A stretch of 64,000 nt of DNA, taken from the NCBI GenBank assembly GCA_031414595.1, contig JANNVX010000088.1, positions 1 through 64,000 of the forward strand, given 5' to 3'. Shown piece by piece: positions 49,790-59,603 of this stretch; position 1 is the first letter of the stretch; each line of letters begins with the position of its first letter. The notes below the pieces were generated by a model. The model did not search any database, was not told where the DNA came from, and saw nothing but the letters and a program-made list of their open reading frames with translations. The stretch comes from Deinococcales bacterium (lineage in GTDB: Bacteria; Deinococcota; Deinococci; Deinococcales; JAAFIG01). Made by a program: the position numbers and the translations under genes.

Positions 49790-50085
49790 GAATGAACCGT
49801 CAACCCTAGAAGTTGATCGATTTCTTCTAAGGTTGTACTACGAGGCGGGTTTTCTCGCGCCCATTTCATTGAAAGTTTGAGGCGTTCTCGAGATTCCTTG
49901 GGTTGCAACCACATTGGTAAGTTTGGAACATTATCGTCCTCGAGCCAAGTATCGTCATAAAGTTTGGCTTGTGTTTCAGGCAGCAAAATTTCGACAGCTT
50001 CACCTTCGCTAAGACCCAATTCCTGCATGGCGGCAGCACTGAGAATAATTTCGGTCGTTTCGCCTTTTTTGGGTATGACAATCAT
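49786..50085 (-). CDS. AbrB/MazE-like antitoxin
   Basis: I.L….MQELGLSEGE.VEI; acidic C-terminus. Confidence 0.6.
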   Translation of the reverse strand: MIVIPKKGETTEIILSAAAMQELGLSEGEAVEILLPETQAKLYDDTWLEDDNVPNLPMWLQPKESRERLKLSMKWARENPPRSTTLEEIDQLLGLTVHS

Positions 50086-50092
50086 AAGCCAA

Positions 50093-51700
50093 TTATACAA
50101 CGCGCCCCTGCTCGAGTCGAATCATCTGGTCGGCTTTTTCGATGGTGCTAAGTCGGTGGGCAATCACAATCAGGGTTTTTTTGCCATGCAGTGCTTCTAA
50201 GGTGCTTTTGATATGGCTCTCGGAAACCGAATCAAGGCTCGAGGTTGGCTCGTCAAAAATAATCACTTCGGTTCTGCACAGTAAGGCTCGAGCAATGGCT
50301 AAGCGTTGCTGCTGCCCACCAGACAAACCAGCCCCGTTTTCGCCAAGGCTCATCTCGAGGTCTACTATTTCTGTTTTGAGGTGAGCCTGCTCCAAAGCCG
50401 CCCAGATTTCAGAATCGGTAGAATCATTTCCTAGACACAAGTTCTCGCGGATTGTTCCGATAAATAAACTTGGGCTTTGCGGCACAAAACTGTAAGCGCT
50501 GCGCCAAGCATCTCGGGTGAAATTCTGAGCATTTTGATTCATACTTAGTTCGCCATTCCGAGGCTCGAGTAAGCGCAACAAAACCCGTGTCAGGGTGGTT
50601 TTACCACTGCCTGAAGCGCCCACAATCGCGGTGAATGAACCTTTGGGAATGGTTAGATTGATATTCTCGAGGGCATTATTTTGGTCATAGCCAGCACTGA
50701 GGTTACTTAGGATAATATCGCCAGTCGGTACAGTCTCGAGGTTGCCAGTCTCTGGTTCAATCGGTGTACTTAAAACCACTTGTAAATTCGTAGCTGGGGC
50801 GCGAATAGCGGAGAGTTTCGAGAAACTTCTGGCAAAAATTTGGATTGGCGCAAGCCCAAGCCCGAGTTGGGTTAAATAACTGGTCAGCGCTCCTAGGCTC
50901 ATTCGACCCGCTTGCACCTCGAGTACCCCCAATGCCAAAAGCGCCACAATCCCCGCGCCTGCGGTCAGTTGGGCAAGCGGGGCATTGAGCGCTCCTAGGC
51001 TTGAGCGGCGGCTCATGGCGGCGGCAGTACGGGTGTTGACCCCAGAAAAACGCTGCTCGAGTTTATCTTCGGCTCGAAAGGCTTTGACCACCTCGAGTTT
51101 AGACAGGGCTTCGGAGAGCATTCCACTGGCTAGGGCAGCTTCGCGTTGGGCTTCGGAAAGCGCTGTCTCGAGGCGTTTGGCTAACCAGTCCGAGAAAAAC
51201 ACCAACGGCACAATCACCACAACAAGCCCAATTGTCAGCACTGGACTGGAAATTAGTAAAGCAATCGCCACGGCGATCACCACCAAGCCTTGCCCAATAA
51301 TTGCGGTCAGTTCGGTGGCATAAAATAGCTCGAGTTCACGCACGTCCAATGCCGCTTGGCTCGAGCGTTCGGCACTGCCAGCCCCAAGGCGCACTTCGGC
51401 ACGAATCAGCGCCTTAAAAACCCCTGCTCGCATTCGCGCTCCAAATTGGGCTGCACCAATTCCATAATAGGCATCCTGAAGGTATAGCGCCGCACTCGAG
51501 ACCGCCAAAATCAGGGCAGTAGAAAGCAGTAATTGCGGTAAAATTTCAAATTGTTTTTGCCCGAGGACTGTTTCAAAGAGGGGTCGCACCACAAACGGCG
51601 GCAGTAGTGTTGTGGCAAGTGCCAGCAGCACCGAACCAATTGTTCCAATCGCAAAAAAACGCCTTTCGGGACGGATAAACCCCAGCACCGAAATTTTCAT
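50093..51700 (-). CDS. MsbA-like ABC exporter (permease + ATPase)
   Basis: Six-TM domain plus GASGSGKT, LSGGQQQR, IFDEPTS; coupled to the lpxB-like gene. Confidence 0.85.
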   Translation of the reverse strand: MKISVLGFIRPERRFFAIGTIGSVLLALATTLLPPFVVRPLFETVLGQKQFEILPQLLLSTALILAVSSAALYLQDAYYGIGAAQFGARMRAGVFKALIRAEVRLGAGSAERSSQAALDVRELELFYATELTAIIGQGLVVIAVAIALLISSPVLTIGLVVVIVPLVFFSDWLAKRLETALSEAQREAALASGMLSEALSKLEVVKAFRAEDKLEQRFSGVNTRTAAAMSRRSSLGALNAPLAQLTAGAGIVALLALGVLEVQAGRMSLGALTSYLTQLGLGLAPIQIFARSFSKLSAIRAPATNLQVVLSTPIEPETGNLETVPTGDIILSNLSAGYDQNNALENINLTIPKGSFTAIVGASGSGKTTLTRVLLRLLEPRNGELSMNQNAQNFTRDAWRSAYSFVPQSPSLFIGTIRENLCLGNDSTDSEIWAALEQAHLKTEIVDLEMSLGENGAGLSGGQQQRLAIARALLCRTEVIIFDEPTSSLDSVSESHIKSTLEALHGKKTLIVIAHRLSTIEKADQMIRLEQGRVV

Positions 51701-52875
51701 TTTTTTACTCGCTCGAGTATTTGCTTGGCTAAAATTCTGGCTGCCCCAGCTTTAGGCATGGTCTGCTCGAGTCGTGTGCTGATGCGTTGGCGCTCGATGG
51801 GACTTCGGATCAACTGATTTACTGCATCTGCTACATTCTGCACCGTGATGTTGCCTCGGAGTTCTGGCTGAATTAACTCATCGGTTAAGATATTTGGTAA
51901 CGCCACAAACTTAAAGCGACTTAAAAAAGCCATCACCAAGGCGCGTTTAATTGGCTTACCGAAAAGTGGTAGCAACTCGAGATAGCGCAAAGGATTTTCG
52001 ATAGGGACTAATTCCATTTTTTGCAAAGGCATACAAACCACACTTGGGATGCCCGCAATGCCAAGTTCAAGTGTATTTGTGCCGGGGCTGGTGATGGCAA
52101 CTGCACAGCGTTTCATCAATTCGTAGCGCTGGTTTTCATGGTGAATCTCGAGCCGAGTACCATTGGGAGTGACGGCAAAATTCCCTTCGAGTTTTAATAC
52201 CACACCGCCAAAATCTTGGGTTTTCGCGCCAGACAACGCCACCGCCCAAGTCGCATCATCTATTAAGCCTGAACGAGCCACATGGAACCCTGCATTGGGA
52301 ATTTTATCAGCCACAGCCGCAAAATAAGACAGCAAATGCGTGACCTGAAAACCCCGAGAACCCGGCACAAGCAAGACCGAATTATCCTCCCGATTTTGGT
52401 TTGGCTCGAGTGCCAAAGTATCGGCGACCAAATTGCCAATGTTTTCGGCTTTGGCTTGTGGGTTTTTTAGGGCTTTGGCTAAGGTTTTTTGGTCATGCAC
52501 CAACAATTTCTCGAGTCCATTGTGCCAGTATGGTTCAAAACTATAGCGCCAAGCGACATAGCCAAGCCTTTGGGCAACTCGAGCAGGAAACGACACATCA
52601 CCGCCCAAGCCAATCACCAAGCCCGTCTGACCAATAAAACCTTTGGGTTTACGTCCACCAGCGATAAATTCTAAGGATTCCGCCACGCTCACCAGCGCAT
52701 CTATTGGCAGGGTTTCGGCAACACCGCGCTCGTAGCCAGTCGCAAACGGACAAGGCAATAACCCCAGTACAATCCGTACATTTGGCTCGAGCAAGCGCAA
52801 TTCTTTAATCAAAGGACGCGCCCAAGTGTAGAGTTCGCCGGGTCCATTGACCAGTAAAATCAGTTCAGGATTCAT
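51697..52875 (-). CDS. Lipid-A-disaccharide synthase-like glycosyltransferase (LpxB-like)
   Basis: NGPGE, L.PGSR, PGTNTLEL…G.P.VV, ALPNI….I.PEL; downstream of lpxA. Confidence 0.75.
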   Translation of the reverse strand: MNPELILLVNGPGELYTWARPLIKELRLLEPNVRIVLGLLPCPFATGYERGVAETLPIDALVSVAESLEFIAGGRKPKGFIGQTGLVIGLGGDVSFPARVAQRLGYVAWRYSFEPYWHNGLEKLLVHDQKTLAKALKNPQAKAENIGNLVADTLALEPNQNREDNSVLLVPGSRGFQVTHLLSYFAAVADKIPNAGFHVARSGLIDDATWAVALSGAKTQDFGGVVLKLEGNFAVTPNGTRLEIHHENQRYELMKRCAVAITSPGTNTLELGIAGIPSVVCMPLQKMELVPIENPLRYLELLPLFGKPIKRALVMAFLSRFKFVALPNILTDELIQPELRGNITVQNVADAVNQLIRSPIERQRISTRLEQTMPKAGAARILAKQILERVKK

Positions 52876-52894
52876 GGAAATCTCAGTTCGGTCT

Positions 52895-53314
52895 TCATGG
52901 AAGCAACTTCAAATTTGGGAAAGCACTGCGAAAACCTTTTGGGTCAAAAGTACAGAGCGTATAGTCACGAACCAAAGCATGAGCGCCAATCACAAAATCA
53001 GCAATCATCCGTTTGGGGCTAGTTGAGACTGCACGATGCTGAAAAAATATTGCTCGAGCCAAGCCTGCTTCTTTCCAAACTTGTTCGGGCATAAGCCAAT
53101 CTACTTCAATCCCAAAGTCTTCTAAGCCAACATCAAGTTCAGTTAATGTCATTTGGGGAATACAAAGCGCCTCACTAAAAACCATTGGGCAAACAAAGAT
53201 TTGTGTATCTGCATACATCACCAAAATATCAATTGCTTGTGCGTGGTGCATATGATCAGAATCAAATAGGGCTTGCAGGAAATTTGTATCAAGTGCCAAC
53301 GTGAACTCACTCAT
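52895..53314 (-). CDS. VapC-family PIN toxin
   Basis: ALDTNFL, IADFVIGAHA, L.TFD..FR.AFP.L. Confidence 0.9.
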   Translation of the reverse strand: MSEFTLALDTNFLQALFDSDHMHHAQAIDILVMYADTQIFVCPMVFSEALCIPQMTLTELDVGLEDFGIEVDWLMPEQVWKEAGLARAIFFQHRAVSTSPKRMIADFVIGAHALVRDYTLCTFDPKGFRSAFPNLKLLP

Positions 53315-53595
53315 TGACGACTTTTCTCCCAACGTTCAAAAGCCAAGACATCTTCTTCATCCCAGCCTCGGTCTGCTCGGCTTTGTTCAAGAAACTCCGC
53401 CTCTGTTTTAGCAGTCGAACCTCGGCTACGAGCATGTTTAGCCACCAAAGCATGAATATCTCGAGTTTTTCGCTTGACCACAATTTGATCGCCTTCCTGC
53501 TTAAATTCAAGTGAATCACCAGAGACAACACCAAGATTAGTCATCACCCAATCTGGAAGCTGCATTGTGCCGTCTTGATTTAATTGCTTATTCAT
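53311..53595 (-). CDS. AbrB-family antitoxin
   Basis: G…LP..V…LGV..GD.LEF..EGD.IVV; ATGA overlap with vapC. Confidence 0.85.
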   Translation of the reverse strand: MNKQLNQDGTMQLPDWVMTNLGVVSGDSLEFKQEGDQIVVKRKTRDIHALVAKHARSRGSTAKTEAEFLEQSRADRGWDEEDVLAFERWEKSRQ

Positions 53596-53634
53596 ATTCA
53601 GTAGTTTAGAGAAATTTTTAAGAATTGCAAGGTT

Positions 53635-54399
53635 TTACGCAAAACTCGAGATGCCGCGTTTGGATTCAGCCCTTGCAAATTCAAATAAACGCTGTGCTAA
53701 TGGTTCTGCTTCGAGTGCTGACATGGCGGCTGTGTCTTTTTTTCGCAAAGCCCGAAAAGCCCTCGAGATTATCTGTTGGTCTTCGGGGCTGTAGCCATCC
53801 CTTGCCAAGCCGACTTTATTGATGGTGTAGTGCTTAGCTGGGTGTCCATCTGCCATGCTAAACGGCAAAATATCTCGGGTGATTTTACTCATCATGCCAA
53901 TAATACTGTGCGCCCCAACACGGCAATACTGGTGAATCGCCACTGTTACACCAACCCGCACATAATCTTCAATCACCACATGCCCCGCGATTTGCACCGT
54001 ATTGGCAATAATGTTGTGACTGCCAACCACACAATCATGGGTGATATGCACATACGCCGTCACCAAATTATGATTACCAACTTTGGTTAGACCACCGCCA
54101 ACCGCCGTCCCACGGTGAATGGTGCTGAATTCGCGAATGTCATTGTCCGAACCAATCTCGAGATACGTGACTTCGCCTTGAAATTTTAAGTCCATTGGCG
54201 TTCCACCCAACAGCGTGTACTTGCCAATGCGGTTGCGTTCGCCTAGGCTAGTAAAACGCAGCACTTGCGCCCCAGACTCGAGAACACAACCTGCTCCGAT
54301 GCGCGTGTCGGCTTCAACAATACAAAACGCACCAATCTGGACATCATCAGCAATTTCGGCACTCGAGTCTACAAGTGCGCTTGGATGAATCTGAGGCAT
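53635..54399 (-). CDS. lpxA: UDP-N-acetylglucosamine O-acyltransferase
   Basis: IHPSA.V, hexapeptide repeats, P.DLKF.GE, IREF.TIHRGT, H..HDC, AGHV, HQYCR.G. Confidence 0.92.
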   Translation of the reverse strand: MPQIHPSALVDSSAEIADDVQIGAFCIVEADTRIGAGCVLESGAQVLRFTSLGERNRIGKYTLLGGTPMDLKFQGEVTYLEIGSDNDIREFSTIHRGTAVGGGLTKVGNHNLVTAYVHITHDCVVGSHNIIANTVQIAGHVVIEDYVRVGVTVAIHQYCRVGAHSIIGMMSKITRDILPFSMADGHPAKHYTINKVGLARDGYSPEDQQIISRAFRALRKKDTAAMSALEAEPLAQRLFEFARAESKRGISSFA

Positions 54400-54830
54400 C
54401 AACCCACCGCGAACAGAATATCGGCTTGAGAAACCAGCACACCATCCACTGTAATTTTGCAATTGGTACGCCCAAGACTGCGCCTAAAATACTCGAGACG
54501 GGCTTCGATGATTAACTGATCGCCCGGTGTGACGGGTTTTTTGAAGCGCGAATTTTCGACCCCCGTTAAAAACGCTAATTTACCCGGTTCTAAAGCATCC
54601 TCAAGCAGAAAAACCCCAGCTTGCGCCATTGCCTCGAGTTGCAACACGCCCGGCATGATTGGTCGCCCCGGAAAATGCCCAGCGCACCACGGTTCATTCA
54701 CGGTCACATTTTTGAGGCAACGCACAAAGGTCACGCCATTCTCCTCACCGCGTTCAAGTACACGGTCAATCATTAAAAACGGGTAACGGTGCGGTAACTT
54801 CTCGAGAATTGTTTGAATATCATGAATCAT
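54399..54830 (-). CDS. fabZ: 3-hydroxyacyl-ACP dehydratase
   Basis: LPHRYPFL.IDRV, GHFP..PIMPGVL..EAMAQ, F.KPV.PGD. Confidence 0.95.
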   Translation of the reverse strand: MIHDIQTILEKLPHRYPFLMIDRVLERGEENGVTFVRCLKNVTVNEPWCAGHFPGRPIMPGVLQLEAMAQAGVFLLEDALEPGKLAFLTGVENSRFKKPVTPGDQLIIEARLEYFRRSLGRTNCKITVDGVLVSQADILFAVG

Positions 54831-54845
54831 GGGGCTTAGTTTAAC

Positions 54846-55607
54846 CTAGATGGCAGTCCAGCCGCCATCCACAGCCAGCGTATGCCCAGTCACAAAACCA
54901 GAAGCACTCGAGGCAAGAAAAACACACGCGCCAAGCATATCGTCCACTGTGGCAATTCGACCCAAGGGAATTCGGCTTTCTAAATCGGCTTTAATCTCGG
55001 GTTGGGCAAAAGTCTGTTCGGTCAATGGCGTGACCACAAAAGTAGGCGCAATCGCATTGACGGTAATCCCGTGCTTAGCCCACTCGAGCGCTAAAACCCG
55101 AGTTTGGTTAATCAAACCCGCTTTGGCACTGCAATACGCCGCCCGTTGGTAATAGCCAATTAAACCATTTTGCGAAGCAATGTTGATGATTCGCCCACCC
55201 AGTCCTCGGGCAATCATGCCTTTGCCAATGGCTTGGGTTACAAAAAATGCGCCTTTGAGGTTGGTGTTTAAGACCAAATCCCAATTTTCTTCGGTCACGT
55301 CTTCCGCCCACTGCACCCGATTGACCCCAGCGTTGTTGACCAAAATATCCACATGCCCAGCGTTGACCGCCATTTCACGGCACTGGGCAACATCTTGCAC
55401 ATCGAGTGCTAAAGCTGTGGCTCTACGCCCGTGGGAACGGATTAACTCGAGTGTTGTGGCAGTTGTCTCGAGCCTGTTAGGTAGTTCGGTAATAATCACA
55501 TCCGCGCCGTGAGCCGCTAAAGCCACCGCGAAGCCCTGACCAAGACCGCCAGAAGCACCCGTCACCAATGCGGTTTTACCAACAAGCGAAAAACTAGGAA
55601 TGTTCAT
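54846..55607 (-). CDS. SDR oxidoreductase
   Basis: VTGASGGLG, NNAG, YCSAK, VDGG. Confidence 0.92.
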   Translation of the reverse strand: MNIPSFSLVGKTALVTGASGGLGQGFAVALAAHGADVIITELPNRLETTATTLELIRSHGRRATALALDVQDVAQCREMAVNAGHVDILVNNAGVNRVQWAEDVTEENWDLVLNTNLKGAFFVTQAIGKGMIARGLGGRIINIASQNGLIGYYQRAAYCSAKAGLINQTRVLALEWAKHGITVNAIAPTFVVTPLTEQTFAQPEIKADLESRIPLGRIATVDDMLGACVFLASSASGFVTGHTLAVDGGWTAI

Positions 55608-55734
55608 TTTTAATCCTCTCGAGATAAGTCGTACTAAAAGAATAGCAAATTCTTTAGAGGTGCATACTTGACAGTCGTGCGCTTTGCTCGTAACATTCTC
55701 GAGCATCCATGCCGATGCAGCAGGCTCGAGCCAT

Positions 55735-55809
<75 letters not shown>

Positions 55810-55879
55810 AAAGAAAGCCCCGTGATGAACGGGGTTATTTTATTTACCACTTTAGTTTTGTGTTGTGGGGTTTCTCGAG

Positions 55880-55902
55880 CGTGTGCAACGTCGTGTGCAA
55901 CG
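55880..55902. repeat. Tandem 11-bp direct repeat, putative integrase arm-type sites
   Basis: CGTGTGCAACG twice, between the tRNA and the integrase stop. Confidence 0.6.
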
Positions 55903-55906
55903 CGCC

Positions 55907-57256
55907 TCAATTAAGGGGCGAAACTCCAACGGCTAGAGGCTTAACAGGATTCGGAAAGAAGTCAATCACAAATTCTCGCTTCTCGGACTCAAGGACATGG
56001 CGATACACTTTGTAAGTGATTGCAATGTCTGCATGTCCAAGTATTTTACTGACCACCTCAACCGGTACGCCTTTACGAAGCATCAGAGTACCCGCCGTGT
56101 GGCGTAAATCATGGGGTGTGATATGCGGTAGAGACTGTCCTTCTTTTATTAGGGCTTCAATCCCTAAGCGTTGTATTGCTTTGAATATCCTATGACCTCG
56201 AGAAACACCACGCTTGTCAACTTCGGTGTAATACTCCCAACTACTCCAATGTGTTAATTCTTTTAGAGTGCGTTGTAGATTATCAGGATGAGTCCATTGA
56301 CCTGTTTGAGTGGCAAAGACTGCACCTGTATTTGTCCAAGCATCTTCGGCTGTTCTGCGTTCCTCGAGTTGCTGCTTTTGGTGCTGCTCGAGTGCTGCCC
56401 TAAGACTGGCTGGTATCAGAATGTCACGGCTCGAGTGGCTGGTCTTGGTCAGTTCGTCACGGGTTGGTTTACCTTTGGTCACAGTTGCTGTGTGCCGTAT
56501 TCGGATTAGGCTTTTCTCGAGGTCAATATCCTGCCAGCGTAAACCCATGACTTCGGAGCGCCTAAGCCCAATTGAAAACGCTGTGAAGACCGCAACCCAT
56601 AAACGACAAATGCCAGCTTGGTACAAGGCAGTACCCAACTCGTGAAACCTTGCCACTTGGTCAAAGTCCAGAGCAATGTGAGGCTGTTCTGTGCGTACTT
56701 TTTTAATCGTCTTGACCGCTTCGGCTGGTGACACATAAAGAATCTGGTCAGTCACAGCTTCACGCAGTACGGTCTTTAATCGAGTTCGGACATGGGCAAC
56801 GGTACGACTTGCACGGAGCTTACCTGTGTTCTCGAGCTTGCCATTCTTGCGCCGCTTGGTGCTGGTATTTGCCAGCTTGGTCAAAGCCTCTTTGATGTCG
56901 AGCGGCTTTAAGTCTTTAAGACGCTTCTTACCAATAAAAGGCAGTATTAAGCCTAGCTCGTGCTGGTAGGTATCTCGAGTGATTTCACGAACATCTATTT
57001 GCTCGAGCCACCGTTTAACGTACTCGGATAAGGTCACTTGGTCAGAGCTTGCCAGTACGCCGCGTATGTGGTCACTCTTGGCTTGCGTGAGGGCTTCTTC
57101 GGCTTGGGTTTTTGTCTCGGTGATACCACTGGCTAAGGTCTTGCTGTCCGCGTCCCTGAGTTGCCATCTGTACCGGTTGTCTTTGTATTTGCTGATTGAC
57201 CCGCGTCCGTTACCGCGCTTGCCAGTAGTCACAATTTGTTTCTTAGGTCGTGCCAT
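55907..57256 (-). CDS. Tyrosine recombinase / phage integrase
   Basis: RGNGRGSI arm-binding start, GLRRSE, K, HDLRHT, LGH, Y (KVYRH); probable ATG at 57256. Confidence 0.95.
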   Translation of the reverse strand: MARPKKQIVTTGKRGNGRGSISKYKDNRYRWQLRDADSKTLASGITETKTQAEEALTQAKSDHIRGVLASSDQVTLSEYVKRWLEQIDVREITRDTYQHELGLILPFIGKKRLKDLKPLDIKEALTKLANTSTKRRKNGKLENTGKLRASRTVAHVRTRLKTVLREAVTDQILYVSPAEAVKTIKKVRTEQPHIALDFDQVARFHELGTALYQAGICRLWVAVFTAFSIGLRRSEVMGLRWQDIDLEKSLIRIRHTATVTKGKPTRDELTKTSHSSRDILIPASLRAALEQHQKQQLEERRTAEDAWTNTGAVFATQTGQWTHPDNLQRTLKELTHWSSWEYYTEVDKRGVSRGHRIFKAIQRLGIEALIKEGQSLPHITPHDLRHTAGTLMLRKGVPVEVVSKILGHADIAITYKVYRHVLESEKREFVIDFFPNPVKPLAVGVSPLN

Positions 57257-57260
57257 AAGT

Positions 57261-57617
57261 TCAGACTCCCGTCTCGAGGGCTTTATCAAAGATGTTTTTT
57301 AGGGCTGCTCGAGACCGTTCTAAAACATCACCCTCGAGCTTCCCGTACTGCCCGTGTATTCGGCTTGCATCTACTACGCGAAGCTGGTCAAGTAAGAGCG
57401 TACCGTTTAGTTTTAGACCACCGTCTCCCGCCGCTAGTGGGATGTGAAGCGCTGCCTTTTTCATGACTCGCTTGGTAATGGGGGCGATTAGTACCTTTGG
57501 AAAAGTAAGGCGTTGCAAACTGCCAAGGTCAAGAATCAGTAGGCATGGTCTACGTCCTTCTTGCTCATGCCCTTGTGGGTCATGCCTTGGGATGTCTATA
57601 TCAAGAATCAAGCTCAT
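57261..57617 (-). CDS. PemK/MazF family toxin
   Basis: P.GHEQEG.RPCLI, APIT, GGL…G.LLLDQLR.VD..RI. Confidence 0.9.
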   Translation of the reverse strand: MSLILDIDIPRHDPQGHEQEGRRPCLLILDLGSLQRLTFPKVLIAPITKRVMKKAALHIPLAAGDGGLKLNGTLLLDQLRVVDASRIHGQYGKLEGDVLERSRAALKNIFDKALETGV

Positions 57618-58024
57618 GCGGTAGCCTCGAGTAATACAATGCCCTGACCTACAATGTACTTGGCTGGTTTAGCGGCTTTGCGGTTTGCCTCGAGCCATGC
57701 GTTTAGTTCTGCCTTGGGGATGTCTTTCTCGAGTTCATCTAAAGCTCTGCCCATATCGGTCATGCTTGCATTGAGAAGGTCACGTTCTTCGTTATCTTCA
57801 AGTGGTTCTTCTATCACCTCGAGAAGGTCATTAGGTGTGACTGGCTGCCCAGTGATGGTCTCGAGCGTAGACATGACTTTATGGAAAACATCAAACTTCA
57901 CTCCTTTCGCTCTATTACTCGCCATGTCGTAAACAGTGGGACGCGCTAGTCCTGATTCTTTCCAAAGTTTGTAGGGCGTAATGCCGTGACTGTCTAAATA
58001 GTGCTGTAGTTTCCATTGCAACAT
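57614..58024 (-). CDS. Xre/Cro-family HTH protein (repressor/antitoxin)
   Basis: W.L..YL..HGITPYKL..ESGLARPTVY; acidic C-terminal half; ATGA-coupled to the toxin; GGAGG RBS. Confidence 0.85.
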   Translation of the reverse strand: MLQWKLQHYLDSHGITPYKLWKESGLARPTVYDMASNRAKGVKFDVFHKVMSTLETITGQPVTPNDLLEVIEEPLEDNEERDLLNASMTDMGRALDELEKDIPKAELNAWLEANRKAAKPAKYIVGQGIVLLEATA

Positions 58025-58092
58025 ATTAAAAACCTCCGTTAGAACTATAGTCCATTTTAGGCAACATGGCAACCAAGAGTTACTTACGTTAT

Positions 58093-58148
58093 TTCTAGGT
58101 AACATTAGTATGCCTAGAATTGACATATGTAACCTTTAGCGGTATACT
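58093..58148 (+). promoter_or_regulatory. Consensus sigma70 promoter with adjacent operator-like inverted repeat
   Basis: TTGACA(58120)-N17-TATACT(58143); TTCTAGG-N13-CCTAGAA (58093-58119) abuts the -35. Confidence 0.75.
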
Positions 58149-58223
58149 AATATCACTCAAGACCGCACACCCTGAACAAGTCACGGTCTCGAGAATCCCA
58201 AAAAGTTGTAAGGAGTCCAAACC

Positions 58224-58487
58224 ATGATACACCAAGCCACCCCAAGCACTCGAGTAGAACGCATCACTCACAGAATGCTCGAGAAGAACGCCCAAGCCTT
58301 AGAAGTCGTTTACTCAGACAGCCCATACAATGATGCTCGAGTAGAACGCCGTTTAACCCTCACCCTCAACAATGGAATGCTCACAGCTACACGCGGCACT
58401 GGTCGCACAATAGATAACCTTGAGGAAGTTTTAGAAACCGCGTACCAGAACATCATCTCAGTAACACCAAGGACGGTGAGGGCATGA
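58224..58487 (+). CDS. Phage hypothetical protein
   Basis: AAGGAG RBS; first gene after the promoter. Confidence 0.7.
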   Translation: MIHQATPSTRVERITHRMLEKNAQALEVVYSDSPYNDARVERRLTLTLNNGMLTATRGTGRTIDNLEEVLETAYQNIISVTPRTVRA

Positions 58488-58819
58488 CCGCCCTCACTTC
58501 CCCAAGGACAGTACAAACCCGTCCTCTGGGTCGCACTGTTCTAACTGGTTGCCTCTCGCTATTCATTCCAACTACTGGCACAAAACCAGAAGCTCAAGCC
58601 AAACTCAAGACCGTACTCAAAACCATCCGCCCAATTCTCAAGCAGTACAGCAACATCAAAGCCCCACGCTTAACCACGCTCGAGGGACACCGCATCATCA
58701 AAGTAGAATTCTTTGCCATGCCGTGGCGTTTGGTTTGTCGGCTCGAGGATGCACTGATTGCCGTCAGTGGTTGTCAACTTGGCAAGGTGTACCAACTGCA
58801 AAGGATGGTTACAGCATGA
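58484..58819 (+). CDS. Phage hypothetical protein
   Basis: ATGA coupling on both sides. Confidence 0.7.
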   Translation: MTALTSPRTVQTRPLGRTVLTGCLSLFIPTTGTKPEAQAKLKTVLKTIRPILKQYSNIKAPRLTTLEGHRIIKVEFFAMPWRLVCRLEDALIAVSGCQLGKVYQLQRMVTA

Positions 58820-59118
58820 ATACCCTTACTTTTAATTGTGATTGCTGTGGTGCAGTCACCCCTGCTATGCCAGTTTTAGGTTTGTCTTCATTAAATAAGC
58901 GCTCAGATTGTCCAAAATGCCTTGCCCATGAATTACTTTACGATGCCGCCTTAAACCATCTCGAAGAAGCCCAAGACCGTTTAATTCGGGAATGGGTAGC
59001 TTACTGGGTTGCTGCTGGTGTCAAAAGAGAATCCCTTCTTGACTCTGACCCACATCTACACAGTTGTGAAGCCGCAGAACGCACCATTGAAGCCATTAGA
59101 AAAGAGGTAGGGGCATGA
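58816..59118 (+). CDS. Phage protein with putative Zn ribbon
   Basis: CDCC…CPKC; ATGA coupling. Confidence 0.65.
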   Translation: MNTLTFNCDCCGAVTPAMPVLGLSSLNKRSDCPKCLAHELLYDAALNHLEEAQDRLIREWVAYWVAAGVKRESLLDSDPHLHSCEAAERTIEAIRKEVGA

Positions 59119-59381
59119 CCATAAACACCGCCGATCTACCTTTTATTCGTCTTTACATCCTGACCAAAGCCTTTGAAGATATTCCCGCCTCGAGTGAACT
59201 ACTGGTAGACACTCGCCTGACTGGATTAGAAGTCGGTTCGGTGTACATCCTCGAGCTTGTCACTGGTTGCACCTTGTACCGCGTCCCTCCGGAGGGTCTG
59301 GACTTACCAATTCTCGAGCATCCTGTACGGGTCGTCGGTAAAGTCGTCAGGGTCGCAAATAAAAGAGAGATTCGACTATAG
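59115..59381 (+). CDS. Phage hypothetical protein (possibly degenerate S24-like beta domain)
   Basis: LLVDT…..G.VYI … VVGKVV; ATGA coupling. Confidence 0.55.
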   Translation: MTINTADLPFIRLYILTKAFEDIPASSELLVDTRLTGLEVGSVYILELVTGCTLYRVPPEGLDLPILEHPVRVVGKVVRVANKREIRL

Positions 59382-59403
59382 AACTACTAAAGAGGATGCA
59401 AAC

Positions 59404-59565
59404 ATGAAACACAAACCCGTTCGTATTATCCGCTTATACCGTACTAACCTACTTGTATCCAAAGACGATAACCGCATTATTTTGTTCATCGGTAATCGTG
59501 ATTACGCCCTGACCATCCAGAACGCTAAAGCCCTCGCTAATCAACTCCTCGAGGTCACGAAATGA
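59404..59565 (+). CDS. Phage hypothetical protein (53 aa)
   Basis: GAGGA RBS; MKHKPVRIIRL…; followed by a terminator. Confidence 0.55.
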   Translation: MKHKPVRIIRLYRTNLLVSKDDNRIILFIGNRDYALTIQNAKALANQLLEVTK

Positions 59566-59603
59566 ATTGAATCCTAACCACTGATGCCAGCCAGTAAAAC
59601 GAA

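Noticed and set aside
58025-58223. Deinococcal RDRM (DdrO box) controlling the element
   Set aside because: Only a half-site-like TTACGTT is present; no convincing 17-bp palindrome.
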